A stretch of 64,000 bases of DNA from Auanema rhodensis. Lineage: Eukaryota; Animalia; Nematoda. Below are positions 52,662-64,000 of this stretch, in pieces. The notes under the pieces were generated by a model. The model was not told where the DNA came from. It made no database searches and saw only the letters and a list, made by a program, of their open reading frames with translations. How positions within the stretch are numbered: position 1 is the first letter of the stretch; the number at the start of each line of letters is the position of its first letter. Location of the stretch: NCBI GenBank assembly GCA_964057225.1, contig OZ059897.1, forward strand, positions 1,674,001 to 1,738,000, given 5' to 3'. Made by a program: the position numbers and the translations under genes.

Positions 52662-55600
52662 GCATTAGTGTATGTTGAGTTTCCATGTACACTCAACATT
52701 GCTTCCAAAAACATTTTGACCAAAATTTTCCCGAAAAATTTCAAGATAATTTCACGAAAAGTAGATGTTTTTAGATTCCTTTTTTTAAGGCGAAGACGAT
52801 GGTAAATGTTATTCAACGAAAAAATTAATTCTTCAGGGTGAAAATCGAGGATACAAGTGTGAACTTATATCAGTTGATATCTCGGTGAATTTTTAAGCTA
52901 GCGCAAATCTGACAACACAGATCGACGCAGCTTAAAAATCCGCATCGAATGCACTATACTACATTAAGAAACGTTCAATACAAAAATTATTTATGATTGT
53001 TCGAAAAATGATGCATTAGTGTATGTTGAGTTTCCATGTACACTCAACATTGCTTCCAAAAACATTTTGACAAAAATTTTCCCGAAAAATTTCAAGATAA
53101 TTTAACAAAGAGTAGATGTTTTTAGTTTTTTTTTTTTAAGGCGAAGACGATGGACAATGTTATTCAACGAAAAAATTATTTCTTCAGGGTGAAAATCGAG
53201 GATTTAAGTGTGAACTTATATCAGTTGATATCTCGGTGAATTTTTAAGCTAGCGCAAATCTGATAACACAAATCGACGCAGTTTAAAAATCCGCATCGAA
53301 TGCATTATACTACATTGAAAAACGCTCAATACAAAAATTAGTTATGATCGTTTGAAAAATGATGCATTAGTGTATGTTGAGTTTCCATGTACACTCAACA
53401 TTGCTTCCAAAAACATTTTGACCAAAATTTTCCCGAAAAATTTCAAGATAATTTCACGAAAAGTAGATGTTTTTAGATTCCTTTTTTTAAGGCGAAGACG
53501 ATGGTAAATGTTATTCAACGAAAAAATTAATTCTTCAGGGTGAAAATCGAGGATACAAGTGTGAACTTATATCAGTTGATATCTCGGTGAATTTTTAAGC
53601 TAGCGCAAATCTGACAACACAGATCGACGCAGCTTAAAAATCCGCATCGAATGCACTATACTACATTGAGAAACGTTCAATACAAGAATTATTTATGATT
53701 GTTCGTAAAATGATGCATTAGTGTATGTTGAGTTTCCATGTACACTCAACATTGCTTCCAAAAACATTTTGACAAAAATTTTCCCGAAAAATTTCAAGAT
53801 AATTTTACGAAAAGTAGATGTTTTTAGATTTCTTTTTTCAAGGCGAAGACGATGAACAATGTTATTCAACGAAAAAATTAATTCTTCAGGGTGAAAATCG
53901 AGGATATAAGTGTGAACTTATATCAGTTGATATCTCGGTGAATTTTTAAGCTAGCGCAAATCTGATAACACAGATCGACGCAGCTTAAAAATCCGCATCG
54001 AATGCATTATACTACATTGAGAAACGTTCAATACAAAAATTATTTATGATTGTTCGTAAAATGATGCATTAGTGTATGTTGAGTTTCCATGTACACTCAA
54101 CATTGCTTCCAAAAACATTTTGACCAAAATTTTCCCGAAAAATTTCAAGATAATTTCACGAAAAGTAGATGTTTTTAGATTCCTTTTTTTAAGGCGAAGA
54201 CGATGGTAAATGTTATTCAACGAAAAAATTAATTCTTCAGGGTGAAAATCGAGGATACAAGTGTGAACTTATATCAGTTGATATCTCGGTGAATTTTAAA
54301 GCTAGCGCAAATCTGATAACACAGATTGACGCAGCTTAAAAATTCGCATCGAATGCACTAAACTACATTGAGAAACGTTCAATACAAAAATTATTTATGA
54401 TTGTTCGTAAAATGATGCATTAGTGTATGTTGAGTTTCCATGTACACTCAACATTGCTTCCAAAAACATTTTGACAAAAATTTTCCCGAAAAATTTCAAG
54501 ATAATTTTACGAAAAGTAGATGTTTTTAGATTTCTTTTTTTGAGGCGAAGAGGATGGACAATGTTATTCAACGAAAAAATTAATTCTTCAGGGTGAAAAA
54601 CGAGGATATAAGTGTGAACTTATATCAGTTGATATCTCGGTGCATTTTTAAGCTAGCGCAAATCTGATAACACAGATCGACGCAGCTTAAAAATCCGCAT
54701 CGAATGCATTATACTACATTGAGAAACGTTCAATACAAAAATTATTTATGATTGTTCGAAAAATGATGCATCAGTGTATGTTGAGTTTCCGTGTACACTC
54801 AACATTGCTTCCAAAAACATTTTGACAAAAATTTTCCCGAAAAATTTCAAGATAATTTTACGAAAAGTAGATGTTTTTAGATTTCTTTTTTCAAGGCGAA
54901 GACGATGAACAATGTTATTCAACGAAAAAATTAATTCTTCAGGGTGAAAATCGAGGATATAAGTGTGAACTTATATCAGTTGATATCTCGGTGAATTTTT
55001 AAGCTAGCGCAAATCTGATAACACAGATCGACGCAGCTTAAAAATCCGCATCGAATGCATTATACTACATTGAGAAACGTTCAATACAAAAATTATTTAT
55101 GATTGTTCGTAAAATGATGCATTAGTGTATGTTGAGTTTCCATGTACACTCAACATTGCTTCCAAAAACATTTTGACAAAAATTTTCCCGAAAAATTTCA
55201 GGATAATTTTAGGAAAAGTAGATGTTTTTAGATTTCTTTTTTTAAGGCGAAGACGATGGACAATGTTATTCAACGAAAAAATTAATTCTTCAGGGTGAAA
55301 ATCGAGGATATAAGTGTGAACTTATATCAGTTGATATCTCGGTGCATTTTTAAGCTAGCGCAAATCTGATAACACAGATCGACGCAGCTTAAAAATCCGC
55401 ATCGAATGCATTATACTACATTGAGAAACGTTCAATACAAAAATTATCTATGATTGTTCGAAAAATGATGCATTAGTGTATGTTGAGTTTCCATGTACAC
55501 TCAACATTGCTTCCAAAAACATTTTGACAAAAATTTTCCCGAAAAATTTCAAGATAATTTAACAAAGAGTAGATGTTTTTATTTTTTTTTTTTAAGGCGA

Positions 55601-58600
55601 AGACGATGGACAATGTTATTCAACGAAAAAATTAATTCTTCAGGGTGAAAATCGAGGATTTAAGTGTGAACTTATATCAGTTGATATCTCGGTGCATTTT
55701 TAAGCTAGCGCAAATCTGATAACACAGATCGACGCAGCTTAAAAATCCGCATCGAATGCACTATACGAAATTGAGAAACGTTCAATACAAAAATTATTTA
55801 TGATTGTTCGAAAAATGATGCATTAGTGTATGTTGAGTTTCCATGTACACTCAACATTGCTTCCAAAAACATTTTGACAAAAATTTTCCCGAAAAATTTC
55901 AAGATAATTTTACGAAAAGTAGATGTTTTTAGATTTCTTTTTTTAAGGCGAAGACGATGGACAATGTTATTCAACGAAAAAATTAATTCTTCAGGGTGAA
56001 AATCGAGGATTTAAGTGTGAACTTATATCAGTTGATATCTCGGTGCATTTTTAAGCTAGCGCAAATCTGATAACACAGATCGACGCAGCTTAAAAATCCG
56101 CATCGAATGCACTATACGAAATTGAGAAACGTTCAATACAAAAATTATTTATGATTGTTCGAAAAATGATGCATTAGTGTATGTTGAGTTTCCATGTACA
56201 CTCAACATTGCTTCCAAAAACATTTTGACAAAAATTTTCCCGAAAAATTTCAAGATAATTTTACGAAAAGTAGATGTTTTTAGATTTCTTTTTTTAAGGC
56301 GAAGACGATGGACAATGTTATTCAACGAAAAAATTAATTCTTCAGGGTGAAAATCGAGGATATAAGTGTGAACTTATATCAGTTGATATCTCGGTGCATT
56401 TTTAAGCTAGCGCAAATCTGATAACACAGATCGACGCAGCTTAAAAATCCGCATCGAATGCACTATACTACATTGAGAAACGTTCAATACAAAAATTATT
56501 TATGATTGTTCGAAAAATGATGCATTAGTGTATGTTGAGTTTCCATGTACACTCAACATTGCTTCCAAAAACATTTTGACAAAAATTTTCCCGAAAAATT
56601 TCAAGATAATTTAACAAAGAGTAGATGTTTTTAGTTTTTTTTTTTTAAGGAGAAGACGATGGACAATGTTATTCAACAAAAAAAAATTAATTCTTCAGGG
56701 TGAAAATCGAGGATTTAAGTGTGAACTTATATCAGTTGATATCTCGGTGAATTTTTAAGCTAGCGCAAATCTGATAACACAAATCGACGCAGCTTAAAAA
56801 TCCGCATCGAATGCATTATACTACATTGAAAAACGCTCAATACAAAAATTAGTTATGATCGTTTGAAAAATGATGCATTAGTGTATGTTGAGTTTCCATG
56901 TACACTCAACATTGCTTCCAAAAACATTTTGACCAAAATTTTCCCGAAAAATTTCAAGATAATTTCACGAAAAGTAGATGTTTTTAGATTCCTTTTTTTA
57001 AGGCGAAGACGATGGTAAATGTTATTCAACGAAAAAATTAATTCTTCAGGGTGAAAATCGAGGATACAAGTGTGAACTTATATCAGTTGATATCTCGGTG
57101 AATTTTTAAGCTAGCGCAAATCTGACAACACAGATCGACGCAGCTTAAAAATCCGCATCGAATGCACTATACTACATTAAGAAACGTTCAATACAAAAAT
57201 TATTTATGATTGTTCGAAAAATGATGCATTAGTGTATGTTGAGTTTCCATGTACACTCAACATTGCTTCCAAAAACATTTTGACAAAAATTTTCCCGAAA
57301 AATTTCAAGATAATTTAACAAAGAGTAGATGTTTTTAGTTTTTTTTTTTTAAGGAGAAGACGATGGACAATGTTATTCAACGAAAAAATTAATTCTTCAG
57401 GGTGAAAATCGAGGATTTAAGTGTGAACTTATATCAGTTGATATCTCGGTGAATTTTTAAGCTAGCGCAAATCTGATAACACAAATCGACGCAGTTTAAA
57501 AATCCGCATCGAATGCATTATACTACATTGAAAAACGCTCAATACAAAAATTAGTTATGATCGTTTGAAAAATGATGCATTAGTGTATGTTGAGTTTCCA
57601 TGTACACTCAACATTGCTTCCAAAAACATTTTGACCAAAATTTTCCCGAAAAATTTCAAGATAATTTCACGAAAAGTAGATGTTTTTAGATTCCTTTTTT
57701 TAAGGCGAAGACGATGGTAAATGTTATTCAACGAAAAAATTAATTCTTCAGGGTGAAAATCGAGGATACAAGTGTGAACTTATATCAGTTGATATCTCGG
57801 TGAATTTTTAAGCTAGCGCAAATCTGACAACACAGATCGACGCAGCTTAAAAATCCGCATCGAATGCACTATACTACATTGAGAAACGTTCAATACAAAA
57901 ATTATTTATGATTGTTCGTAAAATGATGCATTAGTGTATGTTGAGTTTCCATGTACACTCAACATTGCTTCCAAAAACATTTTGACAAAAATTTTCCCGA
58001 AAAATTTCAAGATAATTTTACGAAAAGTAGATGTTTTTAGATTTCTTTTTTTGAGGCGAAGAGGATGGACAATGTTATTCAACGAAAAAATTAATTCTTC
58101 AGGGTGAAAAACGAGGATATAAGTGTGAACTTATATCAGTTGATATCTCGGTGCATTTTTAAGCTAGCGCAAATCTGATAACACAGATCGACGCAGCTTA
58201 ACAATCCGCATCGAATGCATTATACTACATTGAGAAACGTTCAATACAAAAATTATTTATGATTGTTCGAAAAATGATGCATCAGTGTATGTTGAGTTTC
58301 CGTGTACACTCAACATTGCTTCCAAAAACATTTTGACAAAAATTTTCCCGAAAAATTTCAAGATAATTTTACGAAAAGTAGATGTTTTTAGATTTCTTTT
58401 TTCAAGGCGAAGACGATGAACAATGTTATTCAACGAAAAAATTAATTCTTCAGGGTGAAAATCGAGGATATAAGTGTGAACTTATATCAGTTGATATCTC
58501 GGTGAATTTTTAAGCTAGCGCAAATCTGATAACACAGATCGACGCAGCTTAAAAATCCGCATCGAATGCATTATACTACATTGAGAAACGTTAAATACAA

Positions 58601-58629
58601 AAATTATTTATGATTGTTCGTAAAATGAT
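52662..58629. repeat. Interrupted 10/12-monomer duplication
   Basis: ACATTAAGA ~52966/57179 (4213 bp); GCATCAGTG+TTCCGTGT ~54772/58283 (3511 bp); TTCGTAAA variant seen only at 53.7-58.6 kb. Confidence 0.68.
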
Positions 58630-61600
58630 GCATTAGTGTATGTTGAGTTTCCATGTACACTCAACATTGCTTCCAAAAACATTTTGACAAAAATTTTCCC
58701 GAAAAATTTCAAGATAATTTAACAAAGAGTAGATGTTTTTAGATTCTTTTTTTCAAGGCGAAGACGATGGACAATGTTATTCAACGAAAAAATTAATTCT
58801 TCAGGGTGAAAATGGAGGATATAAGTGTGAACTTATATCAGTTGATATCTCGGTGAATTTTTAAGCTAGCGCAAATCTGACAACACAGATCGACGCAGCT
58901 TAAAAATCCGCATCGAATGCACTATACTAAATTGAGAAACGTTCAATACAAAAATTATTTATGATTGTTCGAAAAATGATGCATTAGTGTATGTTGAGTT
59001 TCCATGTACACTCAACATTGCTTCCAAAAACAGTTTGACAAAAATTTTCCCGAAAAATTTTAAGATAATTTAACAAAGAGTAGATGTTTTTAGATTCTTT
59101 TTTTTAAGGCGAAGACGATGGACAATGTTATTCAACGAAAAAATTAATTCCTCAGGGTGAAAATCGAGGATATAAGTGTGAACTTATATCAGTTGATATC
59201 TTGGTGCATTTTTAAGCTAGCGCAAATCTGATAACACAGATCGACGCAAATTAAAAATTTGTTTCGAATGCACTATTCCACATTGAGAAACGCTCAATAC
59301 AAAAATTATTTATGATTGTTTGAAAAATGATGCATTAGTGTATGTTGAGTTTCCATGTACACTCAACATTGCTTCCAAAAACATTTTGACAAAAATTTTC
59401 CCGAAAAATTTCAAGATAATTTTACAAAAAGTAGATGTTTTTAGATTTCTTTTTTTAAGGCGAAGAGGATGGACAATGTTATTCAACGAAAAAATTAATT
59501 CTTCAGGGTGAAAATCGAGGATATAAGTGTGAACTTATATCAGTTGATATCTCGGTGCATTTTTAAGCTAGCGCAAATCTGATAACACAGATCGACGCAG
59601 CTCAAAAATCCGCATCGAATGCATTATACTACATTGAGAAACGTTCAATACAAAAATTATTTATGATTGTTCGAAAAATGATGCATTAGTGTATGTTGAG
59701 TTTCCATGTACACTCAACATTGCTTCCAAAAACATTTTGACAAAAATTTTCCCGAAAAATTTCAAAATAATTTAACAAAGAGTAGATGTTTTTAGACTTC
59801 TTTTTTCAAGGCGAACACGATGGACAATGTTATTCAACGAAAAAATTAATTCTTCAGGGTGAAAATCGAGGATTTAAGTGTGAACTTATATCAGTTGATA
59901 TCTCGGTGCATTTTTAAGCTAGCGCAAATCTGATAACACAGATCGACGCAGCTCAAAAATCCGCATCGAATGCATTATACTACATTGAGAAACGTTCAAT
60001 ACAAAAATTATTTATGATTGTTCGAAAAATGATGCATTAGTGTATGTTGAGTTTCCATGTACACTCAACATTGCTTCCAAAAACATTTTGACAAAAATTT
60101 TCCCGAAAAATTTCAAGATAATTTTACGAAAAGTAGATGTTTTTAGATTTCTTTTTTTAAGGCGAAGACGATGGACAATGTTATTCAACGAAAAAATTAA
60201 TTCTTCAGGGTGAAAATCGAGGATATAAGTGTGAACTTATATCAGTTGATATCTCGGTGCATTTTTAAGCTAGCGCAAATCTGATAACACAGATCAACGC
60301 AGCTTAAAAATCCGCATCGAATGCACTATACTAAATTGAGAAACGTTCAATACAAAAATTATTTATGATTGTTCGAAAAATGATGCATTAGTGTATGTTG
60401 AGTTTCCATGTACACTCAACATTGCTTCCAAAAACATTTTGACAAAAATTTTCCCGAAAAATTTCAAGATAATTTTACGAAAAGTAGATGTTTTTAGATT
60501 TCTTTTTTTAAGGCGAAGACGATGGACAATGTTATTCAACGAAAAAATTAATTCTTCAGGGTGAAAATCGAGGATATAAGTGTGAACTTATATCAGTTGA
60601 TATCTCGGTGCATTTTTAAGCTAGCGCAAATCTGATAACACAGATCAACGCAGCTTAAAAATCCGCATCGAATGCATTATACTACATTGAAAAACGCTCA
60701 ATACAAAAATTAGTTATGATCGTTTGAAAAATGATGCATTAGTGTATGTTGAGTTTCCATGTACACTCAACATTGCTTCCAAAAACATTTTGACCAAAAT
60801 TTTCCCGAAAAATTTCAAGATAATTTAACAAAGAGTAGATGTTTTTAGTTTTTTTTTTTAAGGAGAAGACGATGGACAATGTTATTCAACGAAAAAATTA
60901 ATTCTTCAGGGTGAAAATCGAGGATTTAAGTGTGAACTTATATCAGTTGATATCTCGGTGAATTTTTAAGCTAGCGCAAATCTGATAACACAAATCGACG
61001 CAGTTTAAAAATCCGCATCGAATGCATTATACTACATTGAAAAACGCTCAATACAAAAATTGTTTATGATTGTTTGAAAAATGATGCATTAGTGTATGTT
61101 GAGTTTCCATGTACACTCAACATTGCTTCCAAAAACATTTTGACAAAAATTTTCCCGAAAAATTTCAAGATAATTTAACAAAGAGTAGATGTTTTTAGAT
61201 TTTTTTTTTTAAGGCGAAGACGATGGACAATGTTATTCAACGAAAAAATTAATTCTTCAGGGTGAAAATCGAGGATTTAAGTGTGAACTTATATCAGTTG
61301 ATATCTCGGTGAATTTTTAAGCTAGCGCAAATCTGATAACACAGATCGACGCAGTTTAAAAATCCGCATCGAATGCATTATACTACATTGAAAAACGCTC
61401 AATACAAAAATTATTTATGATTGTTTGAAAAATGATGCATTAGTGTATGTTGAGTTTCCATGTACACTCAACATTGCTTCCAAAAACATTTTGACAAAAA
61501 TTTTCCCGAAAAATTTCAAGATAATTTGACAAAGAGTAGATGTTTTTAGATTCTTTTTTTTAAGGCGAAGACGATGGACAATGTTATTCAACGAAAAAAT

Positions 61601-64000
61601 TAATTCTTCAGGGTGAAAATGGAGGATATAAGTGTGAACTTATATCAGTTGATATCTCGGTGAATTTTTAAGCTAGCGCAAATCTGACAACACAGATCGA
61701 CGCAGCTTAAAAATCCGCATCGAATGCACTATACTAAATTGAGAAACGTTCAATACAAAAATTATTTATGATTGTTCGAAAAATGATGCATTAGTGTATG
61801 TTGAGTTTCCATGTACACTCAACATTGCTTCCAAAAACAGTTTGACAAAAATTTTCCCGAAAAATTTTAAGATAATTTAACAAAGAGTAGATGTTTTTAG
61901 TTTTTTTTTTTAAGGAGAAGACGATGGACAATGTTATTCAACGAAAAAATTAATTCTTCAGGGTGAAAATCGAGGATTTAAGTGTGAACTTATATCAGTT
62001 GATATCTCGGTGAATTTTTAAGCTAGCGCAAATCTGATAACACAGATCGACGCAGTTTAAAAATCCGCATCGAATGCATTATACTACATTGAAAAACGCT
62101 CAATACAAAAATTATTTATGATTGTTTGAAAAATGATGCATTAGTGTATGTTGAGTTTCCATGTACGCTCAACATTGCTTCCAAAAACATTTTGACAAAA
62201 ATTTTCCCGAAAAATTTCAAGATAATTTAACAAAGAGTAGATGTTTTTAGATTCATTTTTTTAAGGCGAAGACGATGGACAATGTTATTCAACGAAAAAA
62301 TTAATTCCTCAGGGTGAAAATCGAGGATATAAGTGTGAACTTATATCAGTTGATATCTTGGTGCATTTTTAAGCTAGCGCAAATCTGATAACACAGATCG
62401 ACGCAAATTAAAAATTTGTTTCGAATGCACTATTCCACATTGAGAAACGCTCAATACAAAAATTATTTATGATTGTTTGAAAAATGATGCATTAGTGTAT
62501 GTTGAGTTTCCATGTACACTCAACATTGCTTCCAAAAACATTTTGACAAAAATTTTCCCGAAAAATTTCAAGATAATTTTACAAAAAGTAGATGTTTTTA
62601 GATTTCTTTTGCGAAGAGGATGGACAATGTTATTCAACGAAAAAATTAATTCTTCAGGGTGAAAATCGAGGATATAAGTGTGAACTTATATCAGTTGATA
62701 TCTCGGTGCATTTTTAAGCTAGCGCAAATCTGATAACACAGATCGACGCAGCTCAAAAATCCGCATCGAATGCATTATACTACATTGAAAAACGCTCAAT
62801 ACAAAAATTATTTATGATTGTTTGAAAAATGATGCATTAGTGTATGTTGAGTTTCCATGTACGCTCAACATTGCTTCCAAAAACATTTTGACAAAAATTT
62901 TCCCGAAAAATTTCAAGATAATTTAACAAAGAGTAGATGTTTTTAGATTCATTTTTTTAAGGCGAAGACGATGGACAATGTTATTCAACGAAAAAATTAA
63001 TTCCTCAGGGTGAAAATCGAGGATATAAGTGTGAACTTATATCAGTTGATATCTTGGTGCATTTTTAAGCTAGCGCAAATCTGATAACACAGATCGACGC
63101 AAATTAAAAATTTGTTTCGAATGCACTATTCCACATTGAGAAACGCTCAATACAAAAATTATTTATGATTGTTTGAAAAATGATGCATTAGTGTATGTTG
63201 AGTTTCCATGTACACTCAACATTGCTTCCAAAAACATTTTGACAAAAATTTTCCCGAAAAATTTCAAGATAATTTTACAAAAAGTAGATGTTTTTAGATT
63301 TCTTTTTTTAAGGCGAAGAGGATGGACAATGTTATTCAACGAAAAAATTAATTCTTCAGGGTGAAAATCGAGGATATAAGTGTGAACTTATATCAGTTGA
63401 TATCTCGGTGCATTTTTAAGCTAGCGCAAATCTGATAACACAGATCGACGCAGCTCAAAAATCCGCATCGAATGCATTATACTACATTGAGAAACGTTCA
63501 ATACAAAAATTATTTATGATTGTTCGAAAAATGATGCATTAGTGTATGTTGAGTTTCCATGTACACTCAACATTGCTTCCAAAAACATTTTGACAAAAAT
63601 TTTCCCGAAAAATTTCAAAATAATTTAACAAAGAGTAGATGTTTTTAGATTTCTTTTTTCAAGGCGAAGACGATGGACAATGTTATTCAACGAAAAAATT
63701 AATTCTTCAGGGTGAAAATCGAGGATATAAGTGTGAACTTATATCAGTTGATATCTCGGTGCATTTTTAAGCTAGCGCAAATCTGATAACACAGATCGAC
63801 GCAGATTAAAAATCCGCATCGAATGCACTATACTACATTGAGAAACGTTCAATACAAAAATTATTTATGATTGTTCGAAAAATGATGCATTAGTGTATGT
63901 TGAGTTTCCATGTACACTCAACATTGCTTCCAAAAACATTTTGACAAAAATTTTCCCGAAAAATTTCAAGATAATTTAACAAAGAGTAGATGTTTTTAGT
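58630..64000. repeat. More diverged monomer domain with an ~8-mer duplication and a terminal dimer
   Basis: AAATGGAGG ~58814/61621 and AACAGTTTG ~59033/61840 (2807 bp); TTCCTCAGG/CGCAAATT/TATTCCA in monomers 58981, 62138, 62834; GTACGCTC ~62167/62863. Confidence 0.72.
62610..62611. other. 6-bp deletion (TTTAAG) giving a 345-bp monomer
   Basis: GATTTCTTTT^GCGAAGAGG versus consensus GATTTCTTTTTTTAAGGCGAAG; next monomer at 62834 (62489+345). Confidence 0.88.

Larger units (their letters stand above)
1..64000. repeat. Satellite DNA tandem array, 351-bp monomer, 182 full copies + 114-bp partial copy
   Basis: GCATTAGTGTATGTTGAG (or a one-base variant) recurs at 1, 352, 703, ... 7381, 14401, 21421, 33001, 58981, 63887. 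Spacing is 351 bp except for 17 small indel-bearing monomers (net +4 bp). No non-satellite sequence or inversion seen; the array runs off both window ends. Confidence 0.99.

Noticed and set aside
62477-62662. In-frame 6-bp deletion as evidence of coding constraint
   Set aside because: It is a single event at an unstable T-tract; all other indels seen (1, 2 and 8 bp) are not multiples of three.
1-64000. CRISPR array or repeat-spacer system
   Set aside because: There are no unique spacers: the whole 351 bp repeats with only point variants, and no cas genes are present.

Overview
The whole 64 kb window is one uninterrupted, head-to-tail tandem array of a 351-bp satellite monomer: 182 complete copies plus a 114-bp partial copy, all in one orientation. 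Copy 1 is about 32% GC and CpG-rich (o/e about 1.6, counted by hand). It looks like eukaryotic heterochromatic or (peri)centromeric satellite DNA; I cannot name the family or organism from sequence alone. I find no real genes, RNA genes, transposon insertions or CRISPR array, and the 61-74 aa ORFs are by-products of the repeat. Three kinds of structure are informative. (i) Each monomer carries dyad symmetries: a 67-bp imperfect hairpin, a 28-bp hairpin and short palindromes. (ii) Common polymorphisms cluster in two domains about half a monomer apart. (iii) A patchwork of local higher-order repeats (2-, 4/5-, 5/6-, 9-, 10/12-, 11- and 17-mers) can be read from diagnostic variants and records recent array evolution. 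I found no evidence of a new protein-based system. Coordinates were derived by eye, and duplication boundaries are approximate.
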